A stretch of DNA of 64,000 bases. Source: Octopus sinensis (lineage: Eukaryota). The stretch spans positions 1 through 64,000 of the forward strand of contig NW_021836307.1 of assembly GCF_006345805.1 (NCBI RefSeq), written 5' to 3'. Under the pieces are notes generated by a model that saw only the letters and a list, made by a program, of their open reading frames with translations, did not search any database and was not told the DNA's origin. The translations under genes and the position numbers were made by a program. Positions 37,805 to 51,978 of this stretch are shown in pieces. How positions within the stretch are numbered: the first letter of the stretch is position 1; the number at the start of each line of letters is the position of its first letter.

Positions 37805-38111
37805 TGCAGATCAAATTGGTGCAGAAAAAGTTGTGTGAATGAGGAGTTTGAGATACAAGGTGAAGACCTCGTATCTCAAACTCCTCATTCACACAACTTT
37901 TTCTGCACCAATTCCCTGCTTACACCACCTACATATATGTATATCATCATCATCGTCATCGTTTAGCATCCACTTTCCATGCTAGCATGGGCTGGACGGT
38001 TCAACTGGGGTCTGGGAAGCCAGAAGGCTGCACAAGGCCCAGTCTGATCTGGTAATGTCTCTACAGCTGGATGCCCTTCCTAACACCAACCACTCCGTGA
38101 GTGTAGTGGTT
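37732..38111. repeat. Nested perfect inverted repeats: 73-bp outer arms and 43-bp inner arms
   Basis: 37732-37804 equals the reverse complement of 38039-38111; 37814-37856 equals the reverse complement of 37871-37913. Confidence 0.92.
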
Positions 38112-38400
38112 GATTCAGTCATGAATGACCATGGGATTGCACCTAGAAACTTCCCCTCCGAGGCACAAGTCTGGGAAAGGGTTGTTTATGATCCAGAGGG
38201 CAATGTTTGACCACCGATGTTACCCAAGTGAAAGGCAAAGGGATCGAACAGCTTGACACCAGTGGACTCATTACTACAGCTGAGTGAACTGGAGCAACGT
38301 GAAATAAAATGTCCTGCTCAAAAACACGACACTCAGCCCAGTCCAGGAATTGAACTAACTACCTCATGAGTGTGATCCCAATGCTCTAACCACTGAGCTA

Positions 38401-38667
<267 letters not shown>

Positions 38668-39551
38668 TCAGAAAAAAAACAAAAACAAAAAAAGGGTTCA
38701 AAATAGAATGTCAAAGTTCACATCAAAAACAAACTGTTATAATGTCTTGGTTTTACTTCAAAGAGAAACTTTTGGAGGAAACACTAAAAAATAGCTCAAT
38801 GTACAAGACAAGAAATAACAGCCCATTTTCCTTGAAATTATTGTAAAGATGAAGATAAGTATTAAATAATGCAGTCCAAGTAAGATCTATGCCTGAAGAA
38901 AAAAATGATAAGTCCATATGACCAGAGCTGATCCGGACAACAGCAACATGTATTGAGAAAACTTCTAAAAGCAGTTAATCAATTTGCTTTAACCATTTAG
39001 CATTTAAACCAGCCACATCCGGCCAAAATATTCTAACCGTTTTATGCTCAAACTGGTCAGATCTGTCCTCTCACACCAACCCTACAATATAATTCTAAAA
39101 ATTAACAGTTACCTCACCAAAATCTCAAAGCTACAAGATACCTTTGAACTTTTACTTGTTTCAGTCATTAGACTGAGACCATGCTGGAGCACCCAAGATT
39201 AATTCAAAGCAATCTGAATAAAGAAGCATTACTTTTGACAGGATATGATGAATGCCATAAGTTACAGATGACCCTTTATACTTCCCTTTTTTTCAAAAAG
39301 ACTGTTAACTAGATCTTGTGTTGTTCTATGAGCATTTTGCAATAACATTCTCTTGATGGCTAAAAGTTTTGATTCCCTTTGAAAGGGCAATCATTAAGGT
39401 CAAGCATTGCCCTCTCGATCAGCAGTCTTAAACCATTTTTACACAAAGAACCAGTTTTGTGCAAGACAATTTCTCCAGAGCACAAGGTATCAAGCACATA
39501 ACAAAATGCTATAAAGTGTACAACATACAATTTAATTATTACATATACGAC

Positions 39552-39910
39552 ATGGCACTCCATCGGTTACGTCGAGGGTTCCAGTTGATCCAGTCAATGG
39601 AACAGCCAGCTTGTGAAATTAACATGCAAGAGGCTGAGCACTCCACAGACATGTGTACCCTTAACGTAGTCCTTGGGGAGATTCAGTATGACACAGAGTG
39701 TGACAAGGATGGCCCCTTTGAAATACAAGTACAACAGAAACTGGAATAAAGAGAGAAAGCTGTGATGAAAGAGTACAGCAGGGTTCTCTGCCACCCCCTG
39801 TTGAAGCCTCATGGAGCTTTAGGCGTTTTCACAACACCCAATCTGGGAATCAAAACCGTGATCCTACAACTGTGAGTCCACTACCCTAACCACTGGGCCA
39901 TTTTGCCTCC
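39552..39910 (+). mobile_element. SINE-like family C, representative copy
   Basis: gttccagttgatcc.atcaa.ggaac.gcc.gct.gtgaaat.aac.tg.aag.ggctgag.actccacagac recurs at 51660-52190 (split by a MITE) and 61800-62010 (-); related tails at 12020-12180, 38260-38410 and 62160-62330. Confidence 0.65.
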
Positions 39911-40305
39911 ACATTACATATCTAATACATACTTAATGCATATATAATATACATAAGGCAAAAACTCTCAGGACACTACAACAGTCAATAAAATAGAAAT
40001 AAAATTTTAAAAGTAATTCTTTCTGTGCAGCCTGGTACTGGTCTCTGGTCTGGTAGTTTGGGAGTCCTGCTCTAAATGACAATCTTTTGGTCCCTATTAA
40101 AATATTTTTCCTGACCTATCACATTTCATAATCATCAACCTCACAGTTGTCCTCTTCTGGCCTCACACAGTCAGGCCTATTGACTTTCCCAAGATATTTG
40201 TACGCTTAGACATAGAAAGTCCCAAAGACAGCCAGAGGATAGTGTTGCTGCCTAACCACAATGGCATCAGAACCTTGAAAGCATACAAACATTTCCAGAT
40301 GATTA

Positions 40306-40464
<159 letters not shown>

Positions 40465-42349
40465 CTAAAATTAAGGAAACAGAAATTATAGACAGAAAAA
40501 TACATGTATGTATACTTATATGTATGCATATTTATAGTTCTTTATTATTAGTAGTAGTAGTACCAGTAGTGTACTGGGGGCCAATGTAATTGACTTAATC
40601 CCTTCCTCCAAAATTTAAGGCCTTGTGCTTCTGATTAAAAGGATTAATATTATTATTATTATTGCTGATGAAATAAGTACCAGTTACGCACTGGAGTTGA
40701 TATAATCAAGCTCCCTCCCCAAAATTTCAGGCCTTGTGCCTATAGTAGAAAATTATTATCATTATTATTATTATTATTATTATTAAGGGGGCAAGCTGGC
40801 AGAATCGTTAGCATGCCAGGCAAAATGCTTGGCAGCATTTCATCCATCTTTACATTCTGAGTTCAAATTCAGCCGAGGTCGACTTTGCCTTTCATCCTTT
40901 CAGGGTCAATAAATTAAGTACCAGTCAATTACTGGGGCTGATGTGATCGACTATGCCCCTCCCGACAAATTTCAGGCCTTGTGCCTATAGTAGAAATGAT
41001 TATTATTATTATTATTATTAGTAGTGGTGGTGGTAGTAGTCCAGATCCTTATAGGCACAAGCGCAGTTGTGAGGTAAGAAGTCTGCTTTCCAACCACATG
41101 GTTTTGGGTTCAGCCCTCCTCTCTGGTATCTTGAGCATGACACTTCTATTATAGCCCAAGGCCAACCAAAGCCTTTTGAGTGGATTTGGTAGAGGAAAAC
41201 TGAAAGAAGCATGTAATGTATGTATATAAGTGTTTGTGTGTGTATGTTACTTGCCTTGACAACGCATGACAGTTGTAAGTAAGTGTCACCACCATGCAAA
41301 TGATGTCCTTCATTTTCAGTCTACCAAGACGTGTCTGGTCATGGGGAAATCTTACTGCACTTGGACACAAGTGGGTGACAGGAAGGGCATCCAGCCAGAG
41401 AAAATCTGTCACAACAAATTCCGTCCAACCCATGCATGATGGAAGAATGGACATTAAATGATGATGATGATGATGTGTATATTAGAAGGAAAAAGACAGA
41501 GTTGTTGTGGCTGAAATGACTTAATAGTTTCGCTCAATCAGAGCTAATCTATACCTGAATAACAACATTATTAACAATAAAAGATATACACCAGATAAAA
41601 AACCAAAAACAAAACAAAAATGGATAGAAAAGTCAAAGACAAACGAATGTCTTTAATGAAAAATCTGTTCAATCAGGATTGAAATGGGACTAAACAACAA
41701 GAAACAGCCTCCCATAGACACTAACACTTATGAAATGCTGCAAGTCGAAATTTGTGGCGGTGTTGGGTACGAGGATGGAGATATGTTTATTAAATTATGA
41801 TCTCATTCGTGACATTTGAAGGTGAACACTATCTTGGGCATACAGCAAATATAAATTTGGTTTTCAAAACAAGAAAAAAAAAACATCGACAAATATTGGT
41901 GGAGTTACCTCCCTTGCTTTTCGTAATTAAATTTTAAACGTCCTCTCATGTCTGAGGCCCCGAGTAATTTAACAGGTAGAATGTTCCCTGATGCTGTTTT
42001 ACCTTAAGCACACTCGGTTTGGACGAATGGGTAGAAATCTTTCTATCTATCTATACGCACACACACCATCATCATCATCATCATCATCATTCATATATCC
42101 GAAAACGAGGTATACTTTAAAACATGAGAGCAGTAATATATTTTATTTAGGAAGTTAATTGTTATGGCTGGTCAGAGAGTGACCATTCGTTTCTCACCTC
42201 CGACCATTAGAGTCTGATGAGTCGCCTATACGGCTAAGTGCTTTACAGGTACAAAATCAATGGTCACTCTCTGACTGACCTTAACAATTAACTTCCAAAA
42301 CATATATAAATACACACACACACTATATAGATACGTGTATGTGTGTGTG

Positions 42350-42970
42350 TACAAGGTGCGATGGGTAAATTGTTGCCACTTTATATTTTTAATTTCGCGC
42401 ACGGGCCTTGTTTGTTTTTGATGTTGTTGACTACACAGTATAGTAGGGTCCGTTGGGCACCATCTGTAAGAAAAACAGCACCATGACGCAATTCACTCTG
42501 CCAGAAATTTGGAAACGACATGCTGTACTACTTGGCATTTGTGCCAGAAGCTCCAATACAAACATTACAGAGTGTTTGGCTGCTGTCAATCTGAGAGCAG
42601 TGCAGAGGATTCGGAAAGAGTAGGATGAGTCTAATGGTGATTACAAAGGTATGGCAGCTCACTTTGATTGTTCTGATAAGGAAAAAACTCCTGAATTTCT
42701 TGGTGAGATCCAAGTCATGATTGACAATAATCCCTGCAAGTCAATCAGGTCCATCACCAAGGACATGGGAGTGTCTGAGTCTCTTATCAGGCAGAAGAGG
42801 TGCATGAAGACATTCAGTATTCCTCATACAAGATGAGAAAGGGCCAATTTTTATCCCAAGCCATCAAGGACAAGAAGAAAGACCACAGTACAAAGCTTCT
42901 GAACAAACTCAAGCATCCCTTCCAACCGAACATGCTTTGGTTTTTCTCAGATGAGAAAAAATTCTGCCAG
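42350..42970 (+). mobile_element. 5' part of a Tc1/mariner element (decayed transposase N-terminus up to the first catalytic Asp)
   Basis: Starts TA-CAAGGTG. From ATG 42483 the frames read ...IDNNPCKSIRSITKDMGVSESLIR...YKMRKGQFLS...WFFSDEK (HTH plus FSDEK), with stops and frameshifts. Confidence 0.8.
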
Positions 42971-43009
42971 GAGTGGTCCTATAAACAGTGTCAAATGCTT
43001 TTATTTAAT

Positions 43010-44230
43010 GAATAAAGCCTTGTTAAAGAGCAATGTGATGTTTGATGAATTTTCTTGGAGTTGATGAGCAGTAAATATTACGTCCATTGTACCATGAGCT
43101 GCTATAAAACCTCACTAACTTTCTGAGATAACAGAGGACCATATCCACTTTATTAGGTGATTATGTAAAAGTTTTGCAAAAACCTTATCAACTGCTTGAA
43201 GCCAGACTTATTTCTCTATAATTTCCACACACAAATTTAAATCCCTTTTCTTTGAACAATGAAATTGAAAAGCATCAAGCCTGTCCTGGAGGACAGGAAC
43301 ACCTGACCAGACATCTGATATTATTAGAGGGTGGAGCTCTATAGCAAGCTTGTCACCCCAGGCAGAAGATCTTCAATGTGAAGACCCATGCCTTATCAGA
43401 ATTAATTGCTTTAATCATTTTTTCTTATCCCATCTACAGTGGGATGGTCCATCATTCAAGGATACTATTCCCTTTAAGGCAGATCGACATTTTCATCAAT
43501 AACTGAGATTGTAAAAAAGGTCTGTAAAGTGCTCAGTCCAATGTTTCACGATACCTTTATGATCCTTGGAGAGAAACAAACTGTCCGTTCACTTGAGTGA
43601 TACCACAAAAGAAGATTGAGGACTAGAGGTTTGTCTAGTTAAGTAATATGTTTTGAGTCTTTGCTGTTATAAACTTTCTGAATTTTTTTTGGAAATATCC
43701 AAACACTACCAGTTTTTAATTTGTCATTTTCTACTGGAGTGACAATTTTATCACTTAGAGAAACTACAGTAAGTATTTTTGTTCTTTATCTGATGCACAA
43801 AGATATTTCTGGTGCAGTATGTTTTTGTCTTGGAAAAGTTTAATGATCTGCAGATTATTTTCATCAAACCAATTCTGATGATTACTTTTCTGAGACCAAG
43901 AACCTCAACACCAACATTTTAAAATTCAGTCTTTAACTTCAAGATCTGTTTAATTCTGCTTAATAGATTTTTCACTCTTCATGTACATTAGAGGTCTTTA
44001 ATTTCAACACACCAATATGTTGAGGGACTTTTATTTCTCCCCCATCCACAGTACCCAGATTATATTTTATGCATGATGCAGCGTTTTGTGCCACATACGA
44101 GATCCTGGTCCATCCCACATGATGCATCCCACATGACTCAAGCAGTGCAAACATCCCAATGGTCTTGCTTCCTGGTGATAATATAATTACAAACAAGCCC
44201 ATGTTGTTATTTATAGTTACATATATCATC
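43010..44230 (-). mobile_element. Heavily decayed RTE/BovB-type LINE (APE-RT linker and start of RT)
   Basis: Minus-strand remnants HQNWFDENNLQIIKLFQDK, KHWTEHF and GSHGTMDVIFTAHQLQE resemble the conserved DWFDEN, RWAEHF and GTIDMIFTARQLQEK segments of RTE LINEs. Many stops. Confidence 0.6.
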
Positions 44231-44377
44231 ATAATCACTGTTTTGTAAGAGGAGAGGATGTGATTGGAATGAACTTTAATTCTTATTTCTAGCCATTAAA
44301 AAAGAAGGCAAAAGGAATGAGAGAAAAGGTGCAAGTTCAGGGAGAGAAGAGAAGTCAGAAAAAAAGTTTGAATTCAA

Positions 44378-44379
<2 letters not shown>

Positions 44380-44474
<95 letters not shown>

Positions 44475-44490
44475 AGAAAAAGAAAGAGAG
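44380..44490. repeat. (AG)n microsatellite
   Basis: Visible directly. Confidence 0.97.
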
Positions 44491-45032
44491 AACCACTCTT
44501 ATATTTGCATATACACATCCACCATTCTGCATTTTTTACCCCTGCTCAGTCCCACACATCTGCCTCCTAACGTCTGCTTATCTTTTTTCTTTCTTCTTAT
44601 TCATGTTTTCCTTTTGCCACTCATCTACACTTTTCTCTTTCTTCTGATGAAGGGTTAATTTTCAAAGCGTTAAGGCTGTTTCTTTTCCTTTTAAGTCAAA
44701 AGAGTATTAAATCTTGTCCCTTCTATGTTGTGTTACTTCTTTCTTAATTATTCAAAGCATTTATAATCTATTGTTAATTCATTCATGTATACACATTTAC
44801 ATACATATAAATATACATATATATAATTGATTATAAAAACTGCAAAATATAAAGCATATTACTCTACCCTTGGTATTTAAGTACTATTTTTTCCACATTG
44901 TTTTGTGCTTGTGAGCCTACCTGTGTGTGTGTGTATACAATTTATAATATGAATACACATGCTTAAATATATATAAATATATATATATATATGTATATAT
45001 ATACATATACATACATACACACACACATATAT

Positions 45033-45850
45033 ATCATCATCATCATTTAACGTCCGTTTTCCAAGCTAGCATGGGTTGGACGATTTTGACTGAGGGTTGA
45101 CAACCAGATGGCTGCACCAGGCTCCAGTCTTGATCTGGCAGAGTTTCTACAGCTGGATGCCCTTCCTAATGCTAACCACTCCAAGTGTGTAGTGTGTGCT
45201 TTTTACGTGCCACCTGCATGGGGGCCAGTCAGGCAGTATAGGCAATAACCTCGCTCAAATCTTTTTACACGTGCCACCGGCACAGGTGCCAGTGAAGTGA
45301 CGTTGGTAATGATCACGCTTGAATGGTGTCCTTTTACATGCCACGGGTACGGAAGCCAGTTGGCTGCACTGGCAACGATCACGCTCGGATGGTGCTCTTG
45401 GCACCCTACTAGCACAGGCAAAAGTGTCAGTAAGACGACGCTGGTAACGTTCTTACTCGAATAGCCGCTCTATCAATGATCACACTCGTATGGTGCTCTT
45501 TGCACCCTGCTAGCACGGATGCCAGTCATTGAAATGATTTTGATTTTGCTTTCACTTGCCTCAATAGGTCTTCGCAAGCAAGGTTTAGTGACTAAAGAAG
45601 GAAAAGGTACGCATAAGCAGGCTGGTTATGCTCCTGGCATAGGCCACGGGTTATGGTCTCATTTGGCTTGCCGTGTCTTCTTGAGCACAGCATATTTCCA
45701 AAAGTCTCGGTTGCTAGTCATTTCCTTGGTGAGGCCTAATGTTCGAAGGTCATGCTTCACCACTTCATCCCAGGTCTTCCTGGGTCTACCTCTTCCACAG
45801 GTTCCCTCAACCGCTAGGGTATGGCACTTTTTCACAGCTATCCTTATCCA
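45033..45850 (-). mobile_element. 3' fragment of the same RTE family (ORF end, 3' UTR repeats, tail)
   Basis: Minus-strand KKCHTLAVEGTCGRGRPRKTWDEVVKHDLRTLGL, repeat units, and (ATC)n at 45033. Confidence 0.9.
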
Positions 45851-48130
45851 ACACACTAGCATTAAAGACCTGTCGTTGCCGGGTCATAGTGCTAGTGCAT
45901 GTATATATGTGTGTATATATATGTGTACATATTACATGTACATCTATATAAATACATCTACACATAAAATACAAAATACAAAGTTATATCTTGATATCAC
46001 TAGTGATAACAATACTCAAAATATATAACAGACTGGAATTGTTAGCCCATCTCTTGTAATTTCGATCAATTGTATCTTGTCCTCCCTCTTGTATAGAAGT
46101 GTGGCTACAATCCAGCCTACCTCTACTTCGGGGGAGGAGGGGATTTTAAATTTTTTTCCGGGACATCCTACGTCCCAGATATAAAGGTAAAAATAAAATA
46201 TTTCCTCCTTGCAAGTTCGAGTCGAGTACTCCCTGGCATGCTCCATTGACTCGAACCTTGCTTCTATTGTGGCGAATTTACTGCCTCTGATTAGATATCT
46301 TTCATAGTCGCACCAAGACACTTTTCGAAGGTGCTTTCCTCCATGTGTTCAAATCTTCTTTTTTCTCTACATTGTATACTTTATAGACAATAGTCTTTTC
46401 TTTAATTTAATTTTTTATTATCCATCTGGACTATTCCATTTCTGCACACTAATTTTATTTTTAATTTATTCCCATTCATGTGAAACCACTTATTCAAGTT
46501 CAAGTCATTGATGCAATTTTATACCAATTGCTATTTTTACTTTTGTTATGTTACGATTATATTATACTTTAGTTTGATTTTAATTATTACTTACTACATA
46601 TAATTCAATTGTTATTATTATTTTTATTGTTAAAGTGAAAGTATCTGACATAAAATAGAGAAATGTTTTTGTTTCACTTTTAACACGTAATACTGAAATA
46701 GTGCAGAAGATATGATATTGCTATGGGCTCGCTCTAGGCAAGAAGTTGAACATTGTTTTGCCGATGACACTCTCCGGACCTTAAGTAAGGCATGTGTAAA
46801 ATTTGAATGAAATTGGTTGTGTAGTTCTCAAGTTTTAGGGAAACACACAGACAGACAGACACACATTCTCAGTTTTATATATATAAAGATATATATACAT
46901 ACACATAGTGCGTGTGAATACACACACACACAAATGAACAGATATATGTACGGTGGTGTTGATGGTGTGTCCAATATTATACTAGTTCACTGGAACATCA
47001 TTGCAGGTTCAGCTTAACTCCAACTGTGATTTAAGAGAGATCTGGTTGCTATTTCTAGCACATTAACCCTTTCATTACCATTGGGATGTTTGCACTGCCT
47101 GAATCATGTGGGATGGAGTAGAATCTCATGCGTAGCAAATCAAAACTCTCACCAGGCATTATTTTTTTTTAATATTATTTACAATTAATTTTGAAAACAA
47201 TAAAGAATTTACCAAAATAATCTCTAATTATTAAGCTGGTGTTTGTTCAGAACATAAGTTAACATACAATTCTACAGGAAAGTCTTAGGTTAAATCACTT
47301 TAAAATAGGGTGCTTTTATCCTAGAACAAAGGGCAGTGTGAGATGGATTGATATCTAATGGGTTTGGTTATACTTTCATGACATAATGCAGAGTATATGC
47401 TTCCTCATTAGCATAAAACTGTTATATCATCAGTTGAGTCTCTGCTCTCTCTTTCACACTTTCTACACTGTTTATATAAACATAATATAATGTCATTTGC
47501 TTTCACATCTATGAAAATCTTCCTTCACTTTGTTGTTGGCAGTGGTGGTGATGGTGTTGTACTATTTACCATGGGTGAAAAGTTCAGTTGCACTGTAGGC
47601 AACAACAATACACAGAGAGAGAATATAGAGCTTTCTTTTATGCATCCTTTTCTTTTGTTTTCCTTCATGTAGTTAAAGTTTGTAACCAAATGATTTCAGG
47701 TTCGGTCCCACTGTAAGGTACCATAGAGGAAATGGATTTTTATTTTACTAAGCATGGCTGTGTGGTAAGAAGTTTGCTTCCCAACCACATGGTTCCGGGT
47801 TCAGTCCCATTGTGTAGCGACTTGAGCAAATGCTGTCTACTATAGTCTAAGGCTAACCAAAGCCCTGTGAGTGGATTTGATAGATAGAGACTAAGAGAAT
47901 CCCGTTGTGTGTGTGTGTGTGTGTGTACCCACCATCAATTGACAACAGGTGTTGGTATGTTTATATCACCATAACTTAGTGGTTCAGTAAAAGAGCCCAA
48001 TAGAATACGTACCAAACTTTAGAAAAAAAAAACGTGCTGGGGTCAATTCATTTGACTAAAATTTCTTCAAGGCAGTGCCCCAGCATGGCCACAGATTAAG
48101 CCATTAGCATTTAAACTGGCCATATCCAGC

Positions 48131-48165
<35 letters not shown>

Positions 48166-48835
48166 CATGCATGCATATATATATATATATATACATACAT
48201 GCATGCATATATATATATATATATATACAGAACAGGCTTCTTTTTTGCCAAACTGCTAAGTTACAGGAATGTCAACATGCCAACACCGGTTGCCAAACAG
48301 TGATGGGAGACAAACAAAAAGACACTCACACAAATATATATATTTATATACACACACACACACAATGGGGCTTCTTTTCTGTTTCCTTCTACCAAATCCA
48401 TTTACAAGGCTTTGGTTGGCCCGAGGCTGTAGTAGAAGACACTTGCCCAAGGTGCCATGCAGTGGGACTGAACCCAGAACCATATTATATATATATAATG
48501 ATTAAATTACGTATTATGCACTTTTCTACATTTTGTTATGCGTGGTCTGTGGAAAAATTGTCTGGCATGAAACCAGTTTGTAGTCTAAAATGCTGGAGAC
48601 TGCTGCCAAACAGTACTCGTTCCAGCCCCCTGATTTCTAAGTGAAATTCCAACCGTGTCCCTAGAAATGCACCCTTACCAAATTACAAGCATCATATGGT
48701 GAATAAGTCCTCAAAACAAAGGCCCAGCACCAAACAGTATTGAAAAGATTGCAACATTGGTTCCTCTATCTGGAGTGACATAGAGGCCCTGGTCACTGAA
48801 CGAATGAATGAATGAATGGATGAATGAATGATTCA

Positions 48836-48925
<90 letters not shown>

Positions 48926-50837
48926 CTAGAAGAAGAACAAACAGGCTTTCCTAAGAAACAGCAACTCAAAGACAGCATCACACACACAGAGTAAGGTGAG
49001 ACACTGACTCACACACATAGACAATAACGTGATATATACACATATAAGGTAACAAACACACGCACATACAAACATATAATAGTGACACATGCACACACAC
49101 ACACACACATAAGGTGACACATATATTTAAGGTGACATATATACAGTGACACACAAAGAAGAAGACGAAGGAGGAGGAAATGAGGATAAAACTAAATAGT
49201 AAAACCAAAAAACAAATAACAAAAAAAAACAGGTAAATCTATATTGATTCAGATACAAAAATAACAGCTGCAACAGCAGTCTCTCTCTTTCTCTCTCTCT
49301 CCTCATCCTTCTTTTTCTCCCATTCTAGGATATCTTACTTCACTTCACTTTCTCCTCCTCCTCCTCCTCCTTTTACCCACTCCAGTCACAAGGAAACTAT
49401 GAAACCCCAATGTCACCTTGCTTCTTTCATCTTTTGTTGTTGTTGGGGTTCGTTTTTTTATAACTTAGTGTTTTTTTTCTTTGTGGATTGAAGGTATGCG
49501 GGGGTAGGGTGGGGGCCTGGCCCCTTAGCGTTCAGAATTACTCTGTCAGAAACCTAATTTTGAATTAATCATGCATTATCTTGTAACTTCAAGATAGCAA
49601 TGGTGCAACTGTTTATTTTTAGAATGACATTGTAGGGTAGGTGTGAGAGACCAGATCTGGCCAGTATGAACACATAACAAGAAGCTTTATTTGGCTGGGT
49701 ATGGCCAATTTAGATGTTAATGGGTTAGTGGTGAGGATGTTGAACTTGAGATCATAAGGTCAAGGGTTCAATTCCTGCACTGGATGACACATCATGCACA
49801 GCAACTTGTTTCACAATGTTCCAGTCTACTTGGCAGACAATGAATACAAGGACCAGTGCTGGTGCTGACCTCTCTCTCTTCAGCTGTTGCATTTTCAATC
49901 AGGCAAGGGCAATCTTTTCTAAGGAGAGGGTCACATAAAACACAGCTCATCAAGTGACAAACCAAACAACTAAAAAAATTTCAAGTTAATTTTTTGTTAG
50001 GGATGCCACTGAGAAAGATCCACAGGCTACCTGGTCACTCATGACAGTCCTCAATGTTCTGCCGGGTTGAGGATAAATGGGCCAAGGAGAGGCTTGTGAG
50101 TTTTCACAACTGACACACATGCTGGTGGCATGTAAAAAGCACCCTTCAAACACTGGGCCTCACAAAGGCAATGATTGGTGACCAAGACCTTTGGCAATAT
50201 ACCATACTTGAGAAGAGCCATCAACCCAAATGAAATCATAGTCATGGCTGATGCCAGTGTCACATAACTGGTACTCATGCTGGTGGCATGTAAAAAGCAC
50301 CAATTACACTCTTGGAGTGGTTGGCATTAGGAAGGGCATCCAGCCGTAGAAAACCATGCCAAATCAGATTGGCACCTGGTGTAGCCCTGCAGCTTACCAG
50401 TTTCTGTCAAACTGTCCAGCCCATACCAGCATAGTTAGCAGAATGCAAAATGATGAAACGAAGATGACAGAGACCAAAAAGAATGACATTGTCGGGTAGG
50501 TGTGAGAGCCAGACAACTGGCCAAATCTGGTCTCTCACACCTACCCGACAATGACATTCTAAAAAAAGAATTAGTGAAAGTTATGGGCCATGCCAATGGC
50601 TGTAATCATCACTCGCTTTAGAGTTATGGCTGCAGATGGTGTTTTCTTTCATAACACACGCACCAACACAGCAACTCCCACTATTCCTCATACTACCACC
50701 ACCTCAGATAACTTCCCAATAATATCGACCCTGAAAGGTATGATAACCAAACAATCAATAGCAAGAGCCAAGTTAATTGTACCAACCTCTCTCCTTCTTG
50801 CTCTCCCTCTCTCATACAAATCTACACACAAAGAGAG

Positions 50838-50885
<48 letters not shown>

Positions 50886-51039
50886 TACATATGCATGCAT
50901 ATCTACAGAGATATATGCACATGTAAACATATGTACACACACAAGTCTAAAAATAAGAAAAGCCTAAAGAATGAGGGGGGGGGTAACATTAATAGGAAGC
51001 AAAACATTATGATAATAGTATCATTTCTCTTTATACCAG

Positions 51040-51070
<31 letters not shown>

Positions 51071-51744
51071 ATAAGGGGTTTTCTGAAACCACTGGATATC
51101 AACTGAAGCTATATCTCATTACATGAATATTGTATGAAGTTCACCTCCATACATTTAGTTGTATCTCTCCGGTTTTCCAATTCTAATCCTACAGGAGAGG
51201 AAAACAGAGGAAGAATAAACATTTTCCAGCCAGCCAGTGGTAGAAGACCGCACCAGACTACTGTGTCCATTTTGGCATGGTTCTACTTCATGATTGTGAG
51301 CCCAACATTCTAACCACTGAGTCATGTACCTTCACAAGGGACACAAGGATAAGTGAGTGGGGACAGAACAGAGGATGGTGGATGGGTAGAGGCTGCAAGA
51401 CTAAGATCCTCATCAGCGAAGTGGCCCTACAGAAGAGGAGGAGGCAGCACCAACCACTTGACAGTTTGGTACTGATTGCCATTTCCCATAGCAACAGCAT
51501 TACTCAGGCTACCGTGTAACTTGCAAGATGAAGATCCTATCAGCTGGGTAGGGCTGCAGTCAAGGAGACAGCTTTATGCCAAGTGTTGAAAGGTCAGAGT
51601 ATGAAGAGGCCAGAACAGGTTTGTCACTAGGAAATTGGCCCTCCATCAGTTATGACAAATGTTCCAGTTGATCCGATCAATGGAACGGCCTGCTTGTGAA
51701 ATCAACATGTAAGTGGCTGAGTACTCCACAGACATGCATAACGT

Positions 51745-51978
51745 TTAACCCTTTCGTTACCAATCCGGCTGAAACTGGTTCTGGCTCTGAGTACAAATGT
51801 CTTGCTTTCATAAGTTTTGAATTAAAATCTTCCACCAAACCTCAGTCACAATTTATGTTCCTGACACTAGCTGAATGATAACAAAGTTATTTTTTTACTA
51901 AGTTCTTTGTTATATTTAAAATTAATTGAAAGAAACACTCGGAGCATCTCAACAGAAATACAGCAAAGAAAGGGTTAA
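51745..51978. mobile_element. piggyBac-type MITE (TTAA-CCCTTTC...GAAAGGG-TTAA) inserted in a SINE; relatives near 11150-11360 and 47063-47362
   Basis: TTAA on both sides and 7-bp terminal inverted repeats. The SINE sequence resumes after 51978. Confidence 0.75.
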
